A model generated the notes under the pieces. The model saw only the letters and a list, made by a program, of their open reading frames with translations. It had not been told where the DNA came from and did no database searches. Below, piece after piece: positions 11,891 through 24,719 of a DNA stretch of 64,000 bases. Source of the stretch: Chiloscyllium plagiosum (lineage: Eukaryota); contig NC_057719.1 in the NCBI RefSeq assembly GCF_004010195.1, positions 53,501,282-53,565,281 of the forward strand. Reading direction: 5' to 3'. The position numbers were made by a program, and so were the translations under genes. Positions within the stretch are counted from its first letter, which is position 1. Each line of letters starts with the position of its first letter.

Positions 11891-13343
11891 AGAAAAGACT
11901 TGTATCTGGTATGAAATTGGAATACTGCAGTAAGTTGTTACAGTGAAATGACTAACCTGTAGAAATGCATGGTGAACTTTCACCAAGTAACAAATCTCGG
12001 ACATGGCCAACTACCAGGAGAGTGCAACATGAAGTTGTAAAAGTGGCCTGTGGTGTGAGACAACAATATAACTTTGTATTGACATATATTCCACAGAGAA
12101 ATTAACTTAGAAACAATCAAGATTGTGTTAAACGCAGTGACACCTGCCAGAGAAAATCAAATTAAACGAAAGAATGATGTGGAATGTGGATGAATAAAAA
12201 TGAAGCCAAGGGAGGAATAACATTTAGTAAGTGCTATTCAAAAGATGGATATAGCTGAAGTGAGAGCTAGAGGATCTGAAAGATCATCATTTATTGATGA
12301 TATGGTAAGCCGTAGCCTCTGTACAGCCCATTATCATTTTGTTTGCATAATTATCTGTTGCTTGAAATGTTTGTATAGTCAGCATGCTAATAATCTAGAA
12401 TTATTACTTTATTATTATTATTGAAAAACACCTCTGATGGGAGGAGAAAAGGTTGTATAGATTTTACTCCAAGCAGAATCAGAACGGACCTGAAAAATAA
12501 TAGAGTGAAACTGAAGGAGGTGTTAGAGATTGCTTCTCACCCTGTATACTTTAAGAATACTGGGAAATCCCTACATTAGGTTTTCTGGTTAATTAACCAG
12601 GGCTAACTTAAATGCCATGGCTGACTGCAAATTATAGTTTACATTAATAACAATGCAACAATCTTCTACTGATTCCTTTGACTCTTGCTTGTCGCAACCT
12701 GGTTAATGGAGAAATGTGGTTTTAGCCTTCATTAACTCAAGTGGTTAAAAAAGTAAACCAGCAAAATCAAGCTGAGCATAAAGGCAGACAGGCTGCTGAA
12801 AAAGAACTAAAAAAAATCTTGAGAGGATTTCAGAGGCCTAATTGTGCCTCGAATTGAGACAATATCACTTGAGTATTGAGCAGTTATTTGTCTTCCTTTA
12901 GCCAAGCTTGGCATGAAATTTCAAAAGATTCTACATCATGTCCCAAGAGTAGCATTGGGAAAAATGAAAAAATACAAAGTGATTTCCTGAAACAGTTATG
13001 GTGGAGTTTTAATTTGTCTTTATTTCTGTTGTTAAGATGATGCTGATAAGCAGGTCAGTAACACTTTGGGCTCTTGTATAAGATAATTGCACACTATACT
13101 GGTTAATAATTAATTTAGCTTTATGAGCTTATTCTAGTGAGGGTGCTGCTACCCTGACCATGGGCAATATTGACATATGAAGTATGAAAGTTAAGAGTAT
13201 ATGTTATTCCAAATTTTCTGAAGATGTTCAAATATAAATTATACATAATAAAGAGAAGAAAATATGAAATAATGAGCAATGCATTACAAACAAAAATCAT
13301 GTTTTGTAATCATAATAGGTCAAATGTATAACCTGAGACAAGT

Positions 13344-13468
13344 AGGAGAAAGTGAGGACTGCAGATGCTGGAGATCAGAGCTGAAAAAGGGCTTATGCCT
13401 GAAATGTCGATTCTCCTGCTCCTTGGATGCTGCCTGACCTGCTGCGCTTTTCCAGCAACACATTTTTC
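13344..13468. mobile_element. Penelope-derived fold-back mini-insert (family A)
   Basis: ctgaaaaa-gggc-ttat-gcct-gaaa-tgtc; TSD aacctgagaca at 13330-13340 and 13469-13479. Confidence 0.8.
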
Positions 13469-13499
13469 AACCTGAGACAGGTGCCAATTTCAAATTCAT

Positions 13500-15325
13500 T
13501 CAGATTCCTCAGCATCGTAGATGCTAAATTTTAGATACTGAAGAGATTTTGGGCCGTAGCAATATCCTGGCAATAAGACTGAAGACTTGTGCTCCAGAAC
13601 GTGCCATACCTCGAGCGGAGCTATTCCATACAGTGACAGCATTGGCTTCTACTCAACAATGTTGAAAATTGATTAGGTAGTTCTCTACACTAAAAACAGG
13701 ACAAATCAAACCCAGTCAATTACCACCCCATCAGTCCACTCTCGATCATTGGTAAAGTGATGGACGGTGTCATCAATTGTACTACCAAACACCACCAGCT
13801 CAGCAATAACCTGCTCAGCAACGACCAGTTTGAGTTCTACCAGGGTCACTCAAGTCCTGTCCTCATTACAGCCTTGATTCAAGCATGGACAAAAGAGCTG
13901 AATTCCAGAGGCAAGATGAGAGTGACAGCCACATTAAGGCCTCATTTGACTGAGTGTGGCATCAAAGAATCTTAGCAAAACTGGAGTGAATATCAGGAGG
14001 CAAAATCTCCATTGGTTGGAATCATACCTGAAGATCGTTGTGTTTGTTGGAGATCAGTCATCTCAGTTCCATCTCAATCTCTACAGGTTTCAATTCTGCA
14101 TTCAGTGCTGGTCTTGCTGCTATTGGTACAGTGTTGCTGGACTTAAAAGAGTGCATGAAATATTTATGAAAATGTTGCCGGGCTTAAAGAGTTTGAGCTA
14201 TAGGGAGAGGCTGAATAGGCTTAGATTATTTTCCCTGGAGCATCTGAAGCTGAGGGGGTGACCTTATAGAAGTTTATAAAATCATGAGGGGCATGGAGAG
14301 GGTGAATAGCCAAGATCTTTTTCCCAGGATAAGGGAGCCCAAAAGTAGAGAGGTTTAAGGTGAGAGGGGAAAGATTTAAAAGGGAGTAAGGAGCAACGTT
14401 TTCACACAGAGGGTGGCATGTGTTTGCAATGAGCTGCCAGAGGAAGTGGTAGAGGTTGGTTCAATTACAACATTTAAAAGGCATCTGGATGGGAAGGGCT
14501 TAGAGGGATGTAGCCAAGTGCTGGAAAATGGGATTAGATTTATTTAGGCTATCTGGTCGGCATGGAAGAGTTGGACTGAAGTTTCTGTTTCCATGCTGTA
14601 CGACTCTATGACTCTAAGTTTCTCAAGGTCATATCCTAGACCCAAACATCTTCAGCTACTTCATCAGTGACCTTCCCTCCATCATAAGTTCTGAAGTGGG
14701 TATGTTCACTGATGATTGCACAATATTCAGTACTATTTATCACTCCTCAGATACTAAAGCAGCTTGTGCCCAACTGCAGCAATATCCAGGCTTGGGCCGA
14801 CAAGTGATAAGTAACTTTTGCACACACAAGGGCTGGGCAATGGCCATCTTCAACAAGGTGTAATTTTCTGGATGATTGCAACATTCAAAAAGTTTGACAC
14901 CATCCAGGACAAAACAGCCACTTGATTTCCATTATATCCTTAAACATTCATTCCCTTCACCATCAATGCAGTAACAGTAATGTGTACCATCTACAAGACG
15001 CATAGCAAAAATTCTTCAAGGCTCATTTAATAACACCTTCTAAACCTAAACCCACTACTATCCAGAGGGTTAAGGACAATAGATACTTGGTAACACCACT
15101 AATTGTAACTTGGTGCCACTCACCATCCTGATTTGATAAATTGCTGCTCTTTCACTATGCTGGATTATAATCCCCTTCGATCAGCATTGTGGGTCTACTT
15201 ACACCAAATAGACTGTAGTGGTACAGGAAGGTGGTTCACCTCCACCTATTTGAATTCAAGTTGGGATGGGCTATGAATGCTAGATCAGCCAGTGACACCC
15301 ACATTCCTGAATGAACAAAAATAAA
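13500..15325 (+). mobile_element. Degenerate CR1/L2-group LINE RT region and 3' tail with a nested CR1
   Basis: Motifs KQDKSNPVNYHPISPLSIIGKVM, QGHILDPNIFSYFISDLP and MFTDDCT; tail ...gccagtgacacccacattcctgaatgaacaaaa. Confidence 0.7.
14130..14615 (+). mobile_element. CR1 3' fragment
   Basis: KMLPGLKSLSYRERLNRLRLFSLE; tail ctctatgactcta. Confidence 0.85.
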
Positions 15326-16490
15326 CAATCAATTCATAGTAATGTAACATTTAAGTCATACTTCTTTCAAATCTGGTACGTTGTCTAACATGACTTGATC
15401 TATGATCTAAAGGTAGGTTGAGTTAATGATCAAGACTTAAGATTAATAAATCAGCCTTCTGTGGAGCATAGTATTGGTTCATTGTGAACACTTTTATTTC
15501 GTAGTCAGACTAAAACAAAAAAAAATTTGCAAAGCTGATAAGAATTATTGATTACTGTCGCAGAAAGCATACATCATGATCATTAAGTAGTTTTTGTTTA
15601 CCAGAGACCAAATGATATTGATCTGATTTATTACTGTGCACGAGGGTTATTCACTGATGAAACTATGTAGAACATGAAGGCCAGTCTCAGTTGCATTGTT
15701 CAAGTGAAATCTATCAGAACCATACTTTGCACTTTAGCTGTTGCCATTCTGAGATCATTGGATTAGTTTGAGCAACCAATCCCCCTGTGCTAATGCACCT
15801 CAACCATACCTGACTATCACATCTTCTTAGGAAGTCCTTTGTTCCTTTAAATTTTTCCAGCCAATTTTTGTTTCCGATTTACCTGCATCAAATCGATTCT
15901 CACCCTTTTAAAAATTAGCCTTGCTCAAATGATATAATTTTATTGATGATTGCTTATTGTCCTTCCCTCAGTCTGATGATATCGTGAAGGCTTTCCTCAA
16001 AATGTTCCTTTACTTACACATGATAAATCTGACCTGCAGGACCCAATTCTGCTGTTCCATTTTTTTTGTGCCAGAAACAAGAACATAACTTTATAAACTC
16101 TAAGTCCTCTCTGCCTTTTACATGATTATTATCTCAGTTTACAATCAGATAATGAAAGTCCTTTATTAAAGCTGTTCTACAGTTCGACCAGTTCTCTTTA
16201 ATTCCATTTTAAATTTGTTCATCTATAGCTTTGCCACTAGATGGTGATCTATAGGATGTACCCAGTACTATAATGGTACTTCTCTGGTTACATAACACTG
16301 AGCATTTATATTCTGCCCTTTTCTCTGGCGCTCATATGTTCTCTTCATCAATATCACCATTCCACCTTCAGTTCCTTTCCTTTCCTATCCTTCCTGAGCT
16401 TTGAGTGTCTCAAAATATTTAGTGAACAGTTCTGATCCTTGTAATGAGTTTTACTAACTGCCAATTCTGAAAAAAAAATGCAAATTACAG

Positions 16491-17989
16491 CCAGGTAAAC
16501 ACCCTCCTCATGGCTCCATGTTCCTCTTAAACTTGCACTACTACAGCTCATTTCGACCTAAGCCCACCATTTAGAGATCCATCCTATTCTCTTATGGTGA
16601 GCCATGGTTCAAAATACTCTGAAGCATGACTTCAAACATTGCCCCCTTGCACTAGCATTTGCAGTTACAGGTTACCCAATTTAAAAAAAATAAAATTAAC
16701 ATTGATGTACAAAAAATATTGGTTGCCGTTTACATTATTTTGGCAAAGTTCAAGTCTTTTGGAGGGATTTTCACCATGAAGCCTAGTAGGTTCTTTCGCT
16801 ACAGTTTACCAAACCTGCTTCTTTAACTACCTACCCCATCCCTATAGCATTGCTCACATTTGATTCCAGCCCCATAATATTGCTCGGTGTGTATCCATTG
16901 AAAGAGCAACATCTCTCATGCCCATACTATCTTTGAAAGGCCACTGTTCGCTGAGATAATTGTGGGCAATCTGGCCAAATAATTGTGACCCAGCAGCCAC
17001 AAAGCCAAATTGTTGACAGGACATAATTGGTTTGGCTGACACTCCCTCACACACGTAAAGTCTGATCACAGACAAACCACCAGGTCACACAATTAACCCG
17101 CTTATAGTTATATCCCATCTGAAAACCCTCTAAGTCAGCATTGAGGTGCTGTTTGGAATCCATCCAGCCGGGGAGGGATATCTTTGTGAATGGCACACTA
17201 AGATGTTGATATGACACCTATTGCATGTGCCAGCTGCCTCCATGGCAAAGCTGTGCTTGTTTATTAAACCAAATGGCCACGTTCGGAATTGATGGATGCA
17301 GTTCCTTAGTCTAATCGAGGGGCGGGGGTTGTGGAACGCTGTCAGTCTGTGTGTCCCAGAGCTGGCAGATAAGGACACTGTCTAACACAGGCCAGGGCTT
17401 TGTCAGATATCTGTGTGAAATGCTGACAGATGGGAGATCAGTCCTTGTACACTGTAGGGAGTTGTTCAGTGTTCAGTCCATAGAACTGTCACAAGCAAAT
17501 AGGACAATTGTGTATTGCCTGTCAGCGGTCAGGGGTCTGGTCTAAGTTGGTCAGATTTCTGGGTGAATATATATATATATTCATGGGGTTTCATTCATCA
17601 ATATTTCAGTAGTGTTCAAGGAGGGGGAGAGCGGTGGTCCTCTAGGGGCAGTGGGCTATCACTGCCAAAAAGGGGAAGAGGTTCAAGGCTGATGGGGATA
17701 ACAGAGGTTTTTGTACAGCTGGTGCTAAGGACAGTAATGGTGGGAAGATTTAGATGTATGAAGGTGTGTAGAATTACATCAAATGGTATGGCAGGCTACG
17801 GGAGTGGGAGAAGTGACATGACGTTGGGGTTCCTGGGAAAGTATAAAGGATAGGACGGAGATCATTAATGCATAGTGTGCCAGGGTTTGAGAATAGAATG
17901 GGTTTTCACATGGTGGGGCTAGATGGAAATGAACTCTGGTAGTGCAAGTTTAAGATGAACATGGAGCCATGAGGAGGTTGGTTACCTGG
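16491..17989. repeat. 101-bp ungapped inverted repeat pair (16491-16591 and 17889-17989)
   Basis: Hand alignment gives about 85/101 identities. Confidence 0.85.
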
Positions 17990-18509
17990 TTAAAAAAAAA
18001 AGGAGGAATCCAGGAATGCAGTGAGAAGTTGAGTGTTTAATGGGATCTGAGGTAGAAATGGTGAGGATTGAAGGCATTCCCTTCTTGATGACATTGAATG
18101 GTCACTCAGCTGGTCCAGCACCTTCAGTGAGTTACTGCACATACTGAGGCTAAAGGTGGACAGGTGATAGCACCATGTCCGTTTTTATTTGGGTGCAGAA
18201 TATTTCATTGTAGGGAGAAGTGTGCTCATCCTCATCTACAGGGTATACCATTATTGTGAGATCTAAGAAACCCTTTCACTCTTTTGGATCCCATCTTGGT
18301 GATTTCCACCAATAGTGTTGGGCCCAACTGCTGGGTGGTATGTTGGTCACGGTTGCTGCCCACTTATGAAGGTAAAGAGGAATGCAGGAGGACCACAGCT
18401 GACAGCAATCCCAGAAGCAGCAACAGATCAACATGGAGGACAAGCAGCACTCCGGGAGATGCCATCATCATACAAACCAACAAGCTAAGTGGGGTGCACA
18501 GGAGTCTCT

Positions 18510-18990
18510 GAAGTTCCAATCCCAATTCTATTTCCTGGCAATGAGTGAGGCGCATCATTGACCCAGGCTGTATATATTCCAGGAAAGGCAGTTGTTGGAA
18601 CATTGCTGGATGCTGAGGTTGGACCTGATGGCTGCAAGACTCTCTCAATGGCTATGAATGTCTCTGCTTCTGTGTCGCTGTATGCTACTGGTTCCTTCTG
18701 GAGAGTGACTGGAGAGCTACATGGGATCTCTGGGTGCTGCATCCACAACTGAACTAGAACAGTGACCAATGCAATTTCTCGAAGATTACATTGGCTCATT
18801 TGGTTTCCTGATGAGGTTAGTGCTACAGCCTGGCAATGGGATTTAGGAATATAGTTGGCTTCCCCCAGGTGCAGGGTGCCATTGACTGCACACATGTGAC
18901 ACTGAGAGGGCCATATCACAGCACTGCAGAATTCATCAACAGGAAAGGGTTCCAATCTACTAACATTCAGATGATCTGTGATCACGATAT
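18510..18990 (+). pseudogene. PIF/Harbinger (HARBI1-like) DDE transposase remnant
   Basis: LYATGSFWRVTGELHGIS (ORF 18558-18752) and VGFPQVQGAIDCTHVTL...FINRKGFQSTNIQMICDH (18854-18988); interrupted by stops. Confidence 0.85.
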
Positions 18991-19889
18991 TGCGGAGTGG
19001 TGAGAATATGGAATTGAGGCTGCAATTTCATTATCTTATTAAATGGTGGAGCAAGCCTATTCCTACTCCTTATTTGCATACATATAAGTGTTTCTTTACA
19101 TCAAGGATTTGATTTGGAGGTTCAGTGTCATCACATACTGATCAATATTCTTCCTCTGGCCTGGAGTTCTGGTATTGAACACATGCTCTTCAAAGCCTTC
19201 AGAACTTCTACAATTTAAATTTGTTGCTCCTCAATAAGATATGATATGCAATGCAGTTTGGAGCACTGTTTGCCCAGCACTGATAACAGTTGTAACTGAG
19301 TAGTTTAGGCATCTTATTTAACAATGTAGTTACTTCATATCTTTGCCACTGATTTTGGAAGAAACTCCAATTATATCTCATATCATTTTTTCATTTCCAC
19401 AGCACTACGGACTGGCAAATTTATAGCTATTCTGAATTGTGCAGTAATTTAAAGTTGCAGGCTGCTGCTCTATTTTTTTTCCTTGCTGTTGCTTACATAT
19501 CTGGATGTCTTATAGCTCTAAAAATTCACACACTTTCAGCTGAACGCTGTTTACACTATGTTTCATCTCATGTATTTTAATGATTACTCATCCAAAAGTG
19601 AAAGCAAAGGACGGTAGAGGTCATGCGATTACGGTAAGCCACAGTTGTACAATGTATTAATTTATTTCTCCAAACATTAAGCTTCATAGAATTCGGCGTC
19701 ACCATTATTGCCCTAACATCATTTTCACATGCAACCCATCAGCCTTATTTAGCATGTTCTATGCATCCAGTAGTAAACATAATTTCGACCTTATTTAATT
19801 TTCTCTTAGTCTGACTAGGCCAAGTATGATTTCCTACTCTGATATATCTGTTCTTGTTGATGCTCTGCACACCTTGCTTATATTTTCTA

Positions 19890-20250
19890 GTATTTTCAGG
19901 TTTCCACATTCCTGTAAAGTTAGTTTAAACCAACTCTAATAGTAAGTGCAAATCCTCTCGCAATGATTGTGATGTTGATTCTGTTCAGATAGAACTTGTC
20001 TAGTCTATACAGTCCTACCTCCACCAGAACTAGACCAACATTCCAAGAATCTAAAGCTGTGATTCCTCTGCAACCAACGCATTCATCTATTCTTGCCATC
20101 CATTTCTATCCCCACTAGGCCTTAGCATTAGGAGTAAACTGGAAATGACCACCATTGAGGTCCTTTATCTAATATATTTCCTAGCCCCATTACCTCTGAC
20201 TACAGAACATAAATTCATTTGTTGACATTGATGTCCTAATCCTCTGCCTG
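19890..20250 (-). mobile_element. Degenerate CR1 ORF1 (esterase region) fragment
   Basis: Reverse complement loosely resembles 28540-28790 of the long CR1. Confidence 0.4.
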
Positions 20251-20744
20251 ACCTTCTGCATATGTATTGTGGTCAGGATTTGGCTCTAGTTGCACTTACC
20301 AAAGCAACCGTCAATTTCATCAGCCTTCAGAACTGAATTCTGGTTGGGAAGTGCAATACCCATAGGGAATCTTGCATTATCTGCCTGGTCCACTTAGACT
20401 CCTCAGTGGTTACCTGTTGCAATCCATTAAGTTGCTCAGTGAATATATCTAAAATCACAATAGTTTGTAGACCAAAGTAATACTTCTAGGTTTGCTGATA
20501 ACTCAAACTGGGTGGAAATATAAGTTTTGAGGAAGACATAAAGAGACTTCAAGTGAATTTGGACAAGCTGAGTGTGAGGGCAAGAGCATAGCAGAAAGGA
20601 CAAGAAGAAATGCAACATATTTCATCATTAGTAACAGAATGGAAATTTCTGCATTCAGAGGATGTGAATCTTTTGAAATCTCTTCCTCAAGAGAACTGGA
20701 AAATCATTGATTACTTTATAGACAGAGATATGGGAAGAGGATGA

Positions 20745-20870
20745 TACAAACATAATGTCACTCTACTAGTAATCCGAGGTCCAGGCTAATGTTTTGACAA
20801 CATAGGTTTGAACGCCACCATGGAAGATTGTGAAATTTGAATTCAATAAATTCTGAAAATAAAAGCTATT
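20745..20870 (+). mobile_element. 5' fragment of the tRNA-derived SINE family seen at 24195
   Basis: ctagtaatcc...ggtttgaacgccacc...tttgaattcaataaa matches 24230-24320. Confidence 0.6.
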
Positions 20871-21144
20871 GTTGATCATACAGCCAGGAAAGTGAGTGTC
20901 TGTATGTGGGTAGCTATTATTACAGCAGAAGATTAGTTAGACATTGAAGAACTGGAAGCCCTTGTTGCTAATGGATCTGTTTCTGGTCATTGCCATATTT
21001 ATGGCCACAGGGTTGCAAACAATAATGTACTGAACATGTGGGTATCCAGTGATGTATGCATTTTATCCTTGCAAGCCCACATCTACAGATCAAAAGTACT
21101 GTTCAACTCTTGTCAAAAGATAGTCACCATAGCTGTATCAAACC

Positions 21145-21375
21145 ATATTGGCCCTGGAGCGGATCCAGAGGAGGCTCACGAGAATGATCCCAGGAATGAA
21201 AGGCTTAACATATGACAAAAGTTTGAGGACTCTGGGACGATACTCAATGGAGTTTAGAAGGTTGAGGGGCGATCTTGAAACTTACAGAATACTGAACAGC
21301 CTGGACAGAGTGGATGTTGGGAAGATGTTTCCATTGTTAGGGGAGATGAGGACCTGAGAGCGTAGCCTTAGACAG
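21145..21375 (+). mobile_element. CR1 ORF2 C-terminal fragment
   Basis: ALERIQRRLTRMIPGMKGLTY...EFRRLRGDL. Confidence 0.85.
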
Positions 21376-21425
21376 ATCATTCTCTTAGACAGATAGACAG
21401 ATGGGAGGATAGAGAGTTACAGGGC

Positions 21426-21925
21426 NNNNNNNNNNNNNNNNNNNNNNNNNNNNNNNNNNNNNNNNNNNNNNNNNNNNNNNNNNNNNNNNNNNNNNNNNNN
21501 NNNNNNNNNNNNNNNNNNNNNNNNNNNNNNNNNNNNNNNNNNNNNNNNNNNNNNNNNNNNNNNNNNNNNNNNNNNNNNNNNNNNNNNNNNNNNNNNNNNN
21601 NNNNNNNNNNNNNNNNNNNNNNNNNNNNNNNNNNNNNNNNNNNNNNNNNNNNNNNNNNNNNNNNNNNNNNNNNNNNNNNNNNNNNNNNNNNNNNNNNNNN
21701 NNNNNNNNNNNNNNNNNNNNNNNNNNNNNNNNNNNNNNNNNNNNNNNNNNNNNNNNNNNNNNNNNNNNNNNNNNNNNNNNNNNNNNNNNNNNNNNNNNNN
21801 NNNNNNNNNNNNNNNNNNNNNNNNNNNNNNNNNNNNNNNNNNNNNNNNNNNNNNNNNNNNNNNNNNNNNNNNNNNNNNNNNNNNNNNNNNNNNNNNNNNN
21901 NNNNNNNNNNNNNNNNNNNNNNNNN
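21426..21925. other. Assembly gap (500 N)
   Basis: N run. Confidence 1.
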
Positions 21926-22160
21926 CTTCATGTAACCGTAGCCAATGTTGTGGGTCCTAACTCCGTATGAGTCTCTCTTCATCTGGTCTATCTCAGACAG
22001 TGAGAGTAGTCCATGTATTCTCATAAAACTCTCAGCAGCAACCAGGAATAACTTCTTAATGAGAGTAGTTGGCACCGGGAACAGCATCTGGAAAGCAGCA
22101 TCTAGGCCAGTGCTAATATTTTCTGGTCTCATCTGCTTCTGTTGCTGCATGTGGTAGCAT
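21926..22160 (-). other. Candidate coding exon of an unidentified gene, truncated by the gap
   Basis: Acceptor ttaaattttcag| at 22161, then 78 stop-free codons (CYHMQQQKQMRPENISTGLDAAFQMLF...GVRTHNIGYGYMK); not recognised as a repeat. Confidence 0.25.
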
Positions 22161-24194
22161 CTGAAAATTTAACCTGTACAGCATGTACTCAACAAGCTGA
22201 TCGATTGGGACAGCTGTAACAACTTTCAGCTCCACACCAGCTAACATTTATCTGTTGAAGTGAGCTGCATATCAGATTTTCTTAACAATGTGAATCATAT
22301 TACAATACATCTTGAACAGGAAATTCTGTAAGATTTATTAATATTGTGCAAAATCCTTTGCAATTTAATCGCACTATTTTAGCTAAATCACTTTCTAAAA
22401 GTGTCAATTGCTCATAGGTTTAGTCATTCAAATTCTTTGTGTAAAAGTAAAATTGTAAAAGTGACAATTTGCTGCTGTAGCTCTCAACAAACAGCAACAT
22501 TAGTGGATGACCCAGTATAAAGGACTACGGGTAATTAATACCCATGGCAATAAATAGTGTAGTTTGAGGGAGAGCTGAAATTCACCAGCCCCTGTGATCT
22601 TCCATTCAGTAACATTCTCTAACAAGCTGAAACATGTTAGGATGATGTCAGGGTTGAAATTCCAAATAGCAGAATAGCTATAGTCAACACTAGCGTTTGT
22701 TTTGTTGAATATGAACTAAAAGTAGTTGCGAAAATAATGGATGCTTCATGCAACAATTTTGACTTTAATCATCCCCTGATAAGAGAATATAGGAGGCTGC
22801 AGTTTTCCTAACACCTGCAACATGTATCTGTCCTCTGAGGATTGATGTTTCATCTTTGCTCTGTGTCGAAACAGCAAGAAAAATGCTTTCTATTCCATTT
22901 GCTTTGGAATGAACAATCAGCAAAAATGATAGTGCTTCCAGTGTTGGAATGTGAGGGAGCCTTGACCATTTTACATAGTTCAGTTGGTCTTTTTTTCTTC
23001 CAGCCCTGTTGTGGCGAAATTAGAGTGCGGTGTCCATGACAGCTGGAAATGGTTCCCACTGCTTTGGACAGTTCCCACTGGTGTGCTGGAAAGCAGATCG
23101 GTTGCAGTCCATTCCGCATAGATAGACAGCCAATTAATAATTTCCATCAAGAGTCTGAATTAGGGAGGAATTTGCCAGTATTTTACAGGTAGCAGAGCAG
23201 TTGGCACCCAGTTGTGTACTTAGGCTACCAACTCAGAGGAAGTGACCTTGCTGCAGCTGGCCAAGGGGCCATCAGAGTGCCACAAAGAGGAGGCTGCATT
23301 CATGAAGAGTTACAATCGTGACCAAGACCAAACCAGTGGAAAGGTTTCCCATTCTACACCCTGGTTACTTAACAGTTATTGTGCAGGCCAGCAAGGACCT
23401 CACCAAGTCAAGGTGTCATTTTTGTCTCTGCCCTGCTCACCAGCTAATTTGTACATACCTCCAGAATACTGTTAAAATGATGCAGTCCATTTTGTACCCT
23501 ATCAGCTGCCTAGAACCAGTATTAAGATCCCTACATATAAAAAGCCTCTTTTAGCACAACGCCCCATCTTTGGGTTGATGATGATAACTGAAGCAGCAAC
23601 CAAGCCTGCCCGTCTCAAAAGTTAGGTTTGTATTATTTTTAAACTGTGCAATGGATTGCTTTAGAGTCAGAAAATGAAGAATTGCCCCCCAACTCCAAAA
23701 CATTTTCTGTGTGCCTCTTCTGACAATAATTAAATCTTAATTGGTAAACAAACATTCATAAATTTTGGAATGTACAATTCTGTCTTTGCTTGCATGTCTA
23801 TATTCAGCCAAACAAATTTAACCAGGGTATCAGGGAGAGACAACATAAGCAATAACAGGAGAAGTGAGAGAAAGATTAATCATCCAGCATTTCTCCTCTT
23901 AAACATTTAAAAAGTATTACTTTTCCAAATTAGATTTGAGTTTGGTGATTAATATTCAGTGCAATTGAACAGCCATCAACATTTTCCTGATTTACGTATG
24001 AAAAGTGGTATCTAGGGTAAGCATTGAAGCTACACAATAGGACTAAGTGGACACGAAGTAGCATGAGCAGCAACTGATCGACAAGGTCAAGAAATTATAC
24101 AGCTAACAGATCAGTTTTAAGCTCTGCAATCCAGCCATATCCAGTTGTGAATAGTGATAGGTAACTAGATAACTCATTTGAGATCAAAGCTCAG

Positions 24195-24539
24195 AGGAGG
24201 TGATGGCCCAATGCTATTTTCATTGGATCATTAATCCAGAGACCCAAATGATGTTCTCGGGATATGGTTCAAATCTTGCCACAATAGTTGGTGGAATCTG
24301 AATTCAATAAAAGTCTGGAATTAAGAGTCTAATAACAGGCATGCAACCATTGTCAATGGTCAGGAAAACCCACCTGGTTCACTAATTCCTTGAATGAAGG
24401 AAACAGCCATCCTTACCTGGTCTGGCCTACATGTGACTCCAGACCCATAGCAATGTAGTTGACTCTTAACTGCCTGCTAGGTGATAAATGCTAGCCTAGC
24501 TAGCAACGCCCTCATTCTGTGAATGAAAGGGAAAAAAAA
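24195..24539 (+). mobile_element. tRNA-derived SINE with conserved central domain and LINE-derived tail
   Basis: B-box-like ggttcaaatc; core ctggttcactaattcc...gaaggaaacagccatccttacctggtctggcctacatgtgactccag; tail shared with the LINE at 13500-15325. Confidence 0.75.
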
Positions 24540-24719
24540 GTCCCTGTACTCAATGATGGGGCAACCTGCTATAAGATAAGGGTGAAACATTTGCAACAAT
24601 CTTCAGCTTGAAATGCTGAGTGGCTGATTCGTTCTGACCTTCTCCTGGAGTCCTTAGCATCGTAGATGCCAGTCTTCAGCTAATTTGATTCACTCCATAT
24701 AACATTTAAAACAAGCAGC

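Noticed and set aside
21377..22150. Long ORFs of 257, 358 and 302 aa (here and at 62486-63562)
   Set aside because: Their length comes from reading through 500-N gaps.
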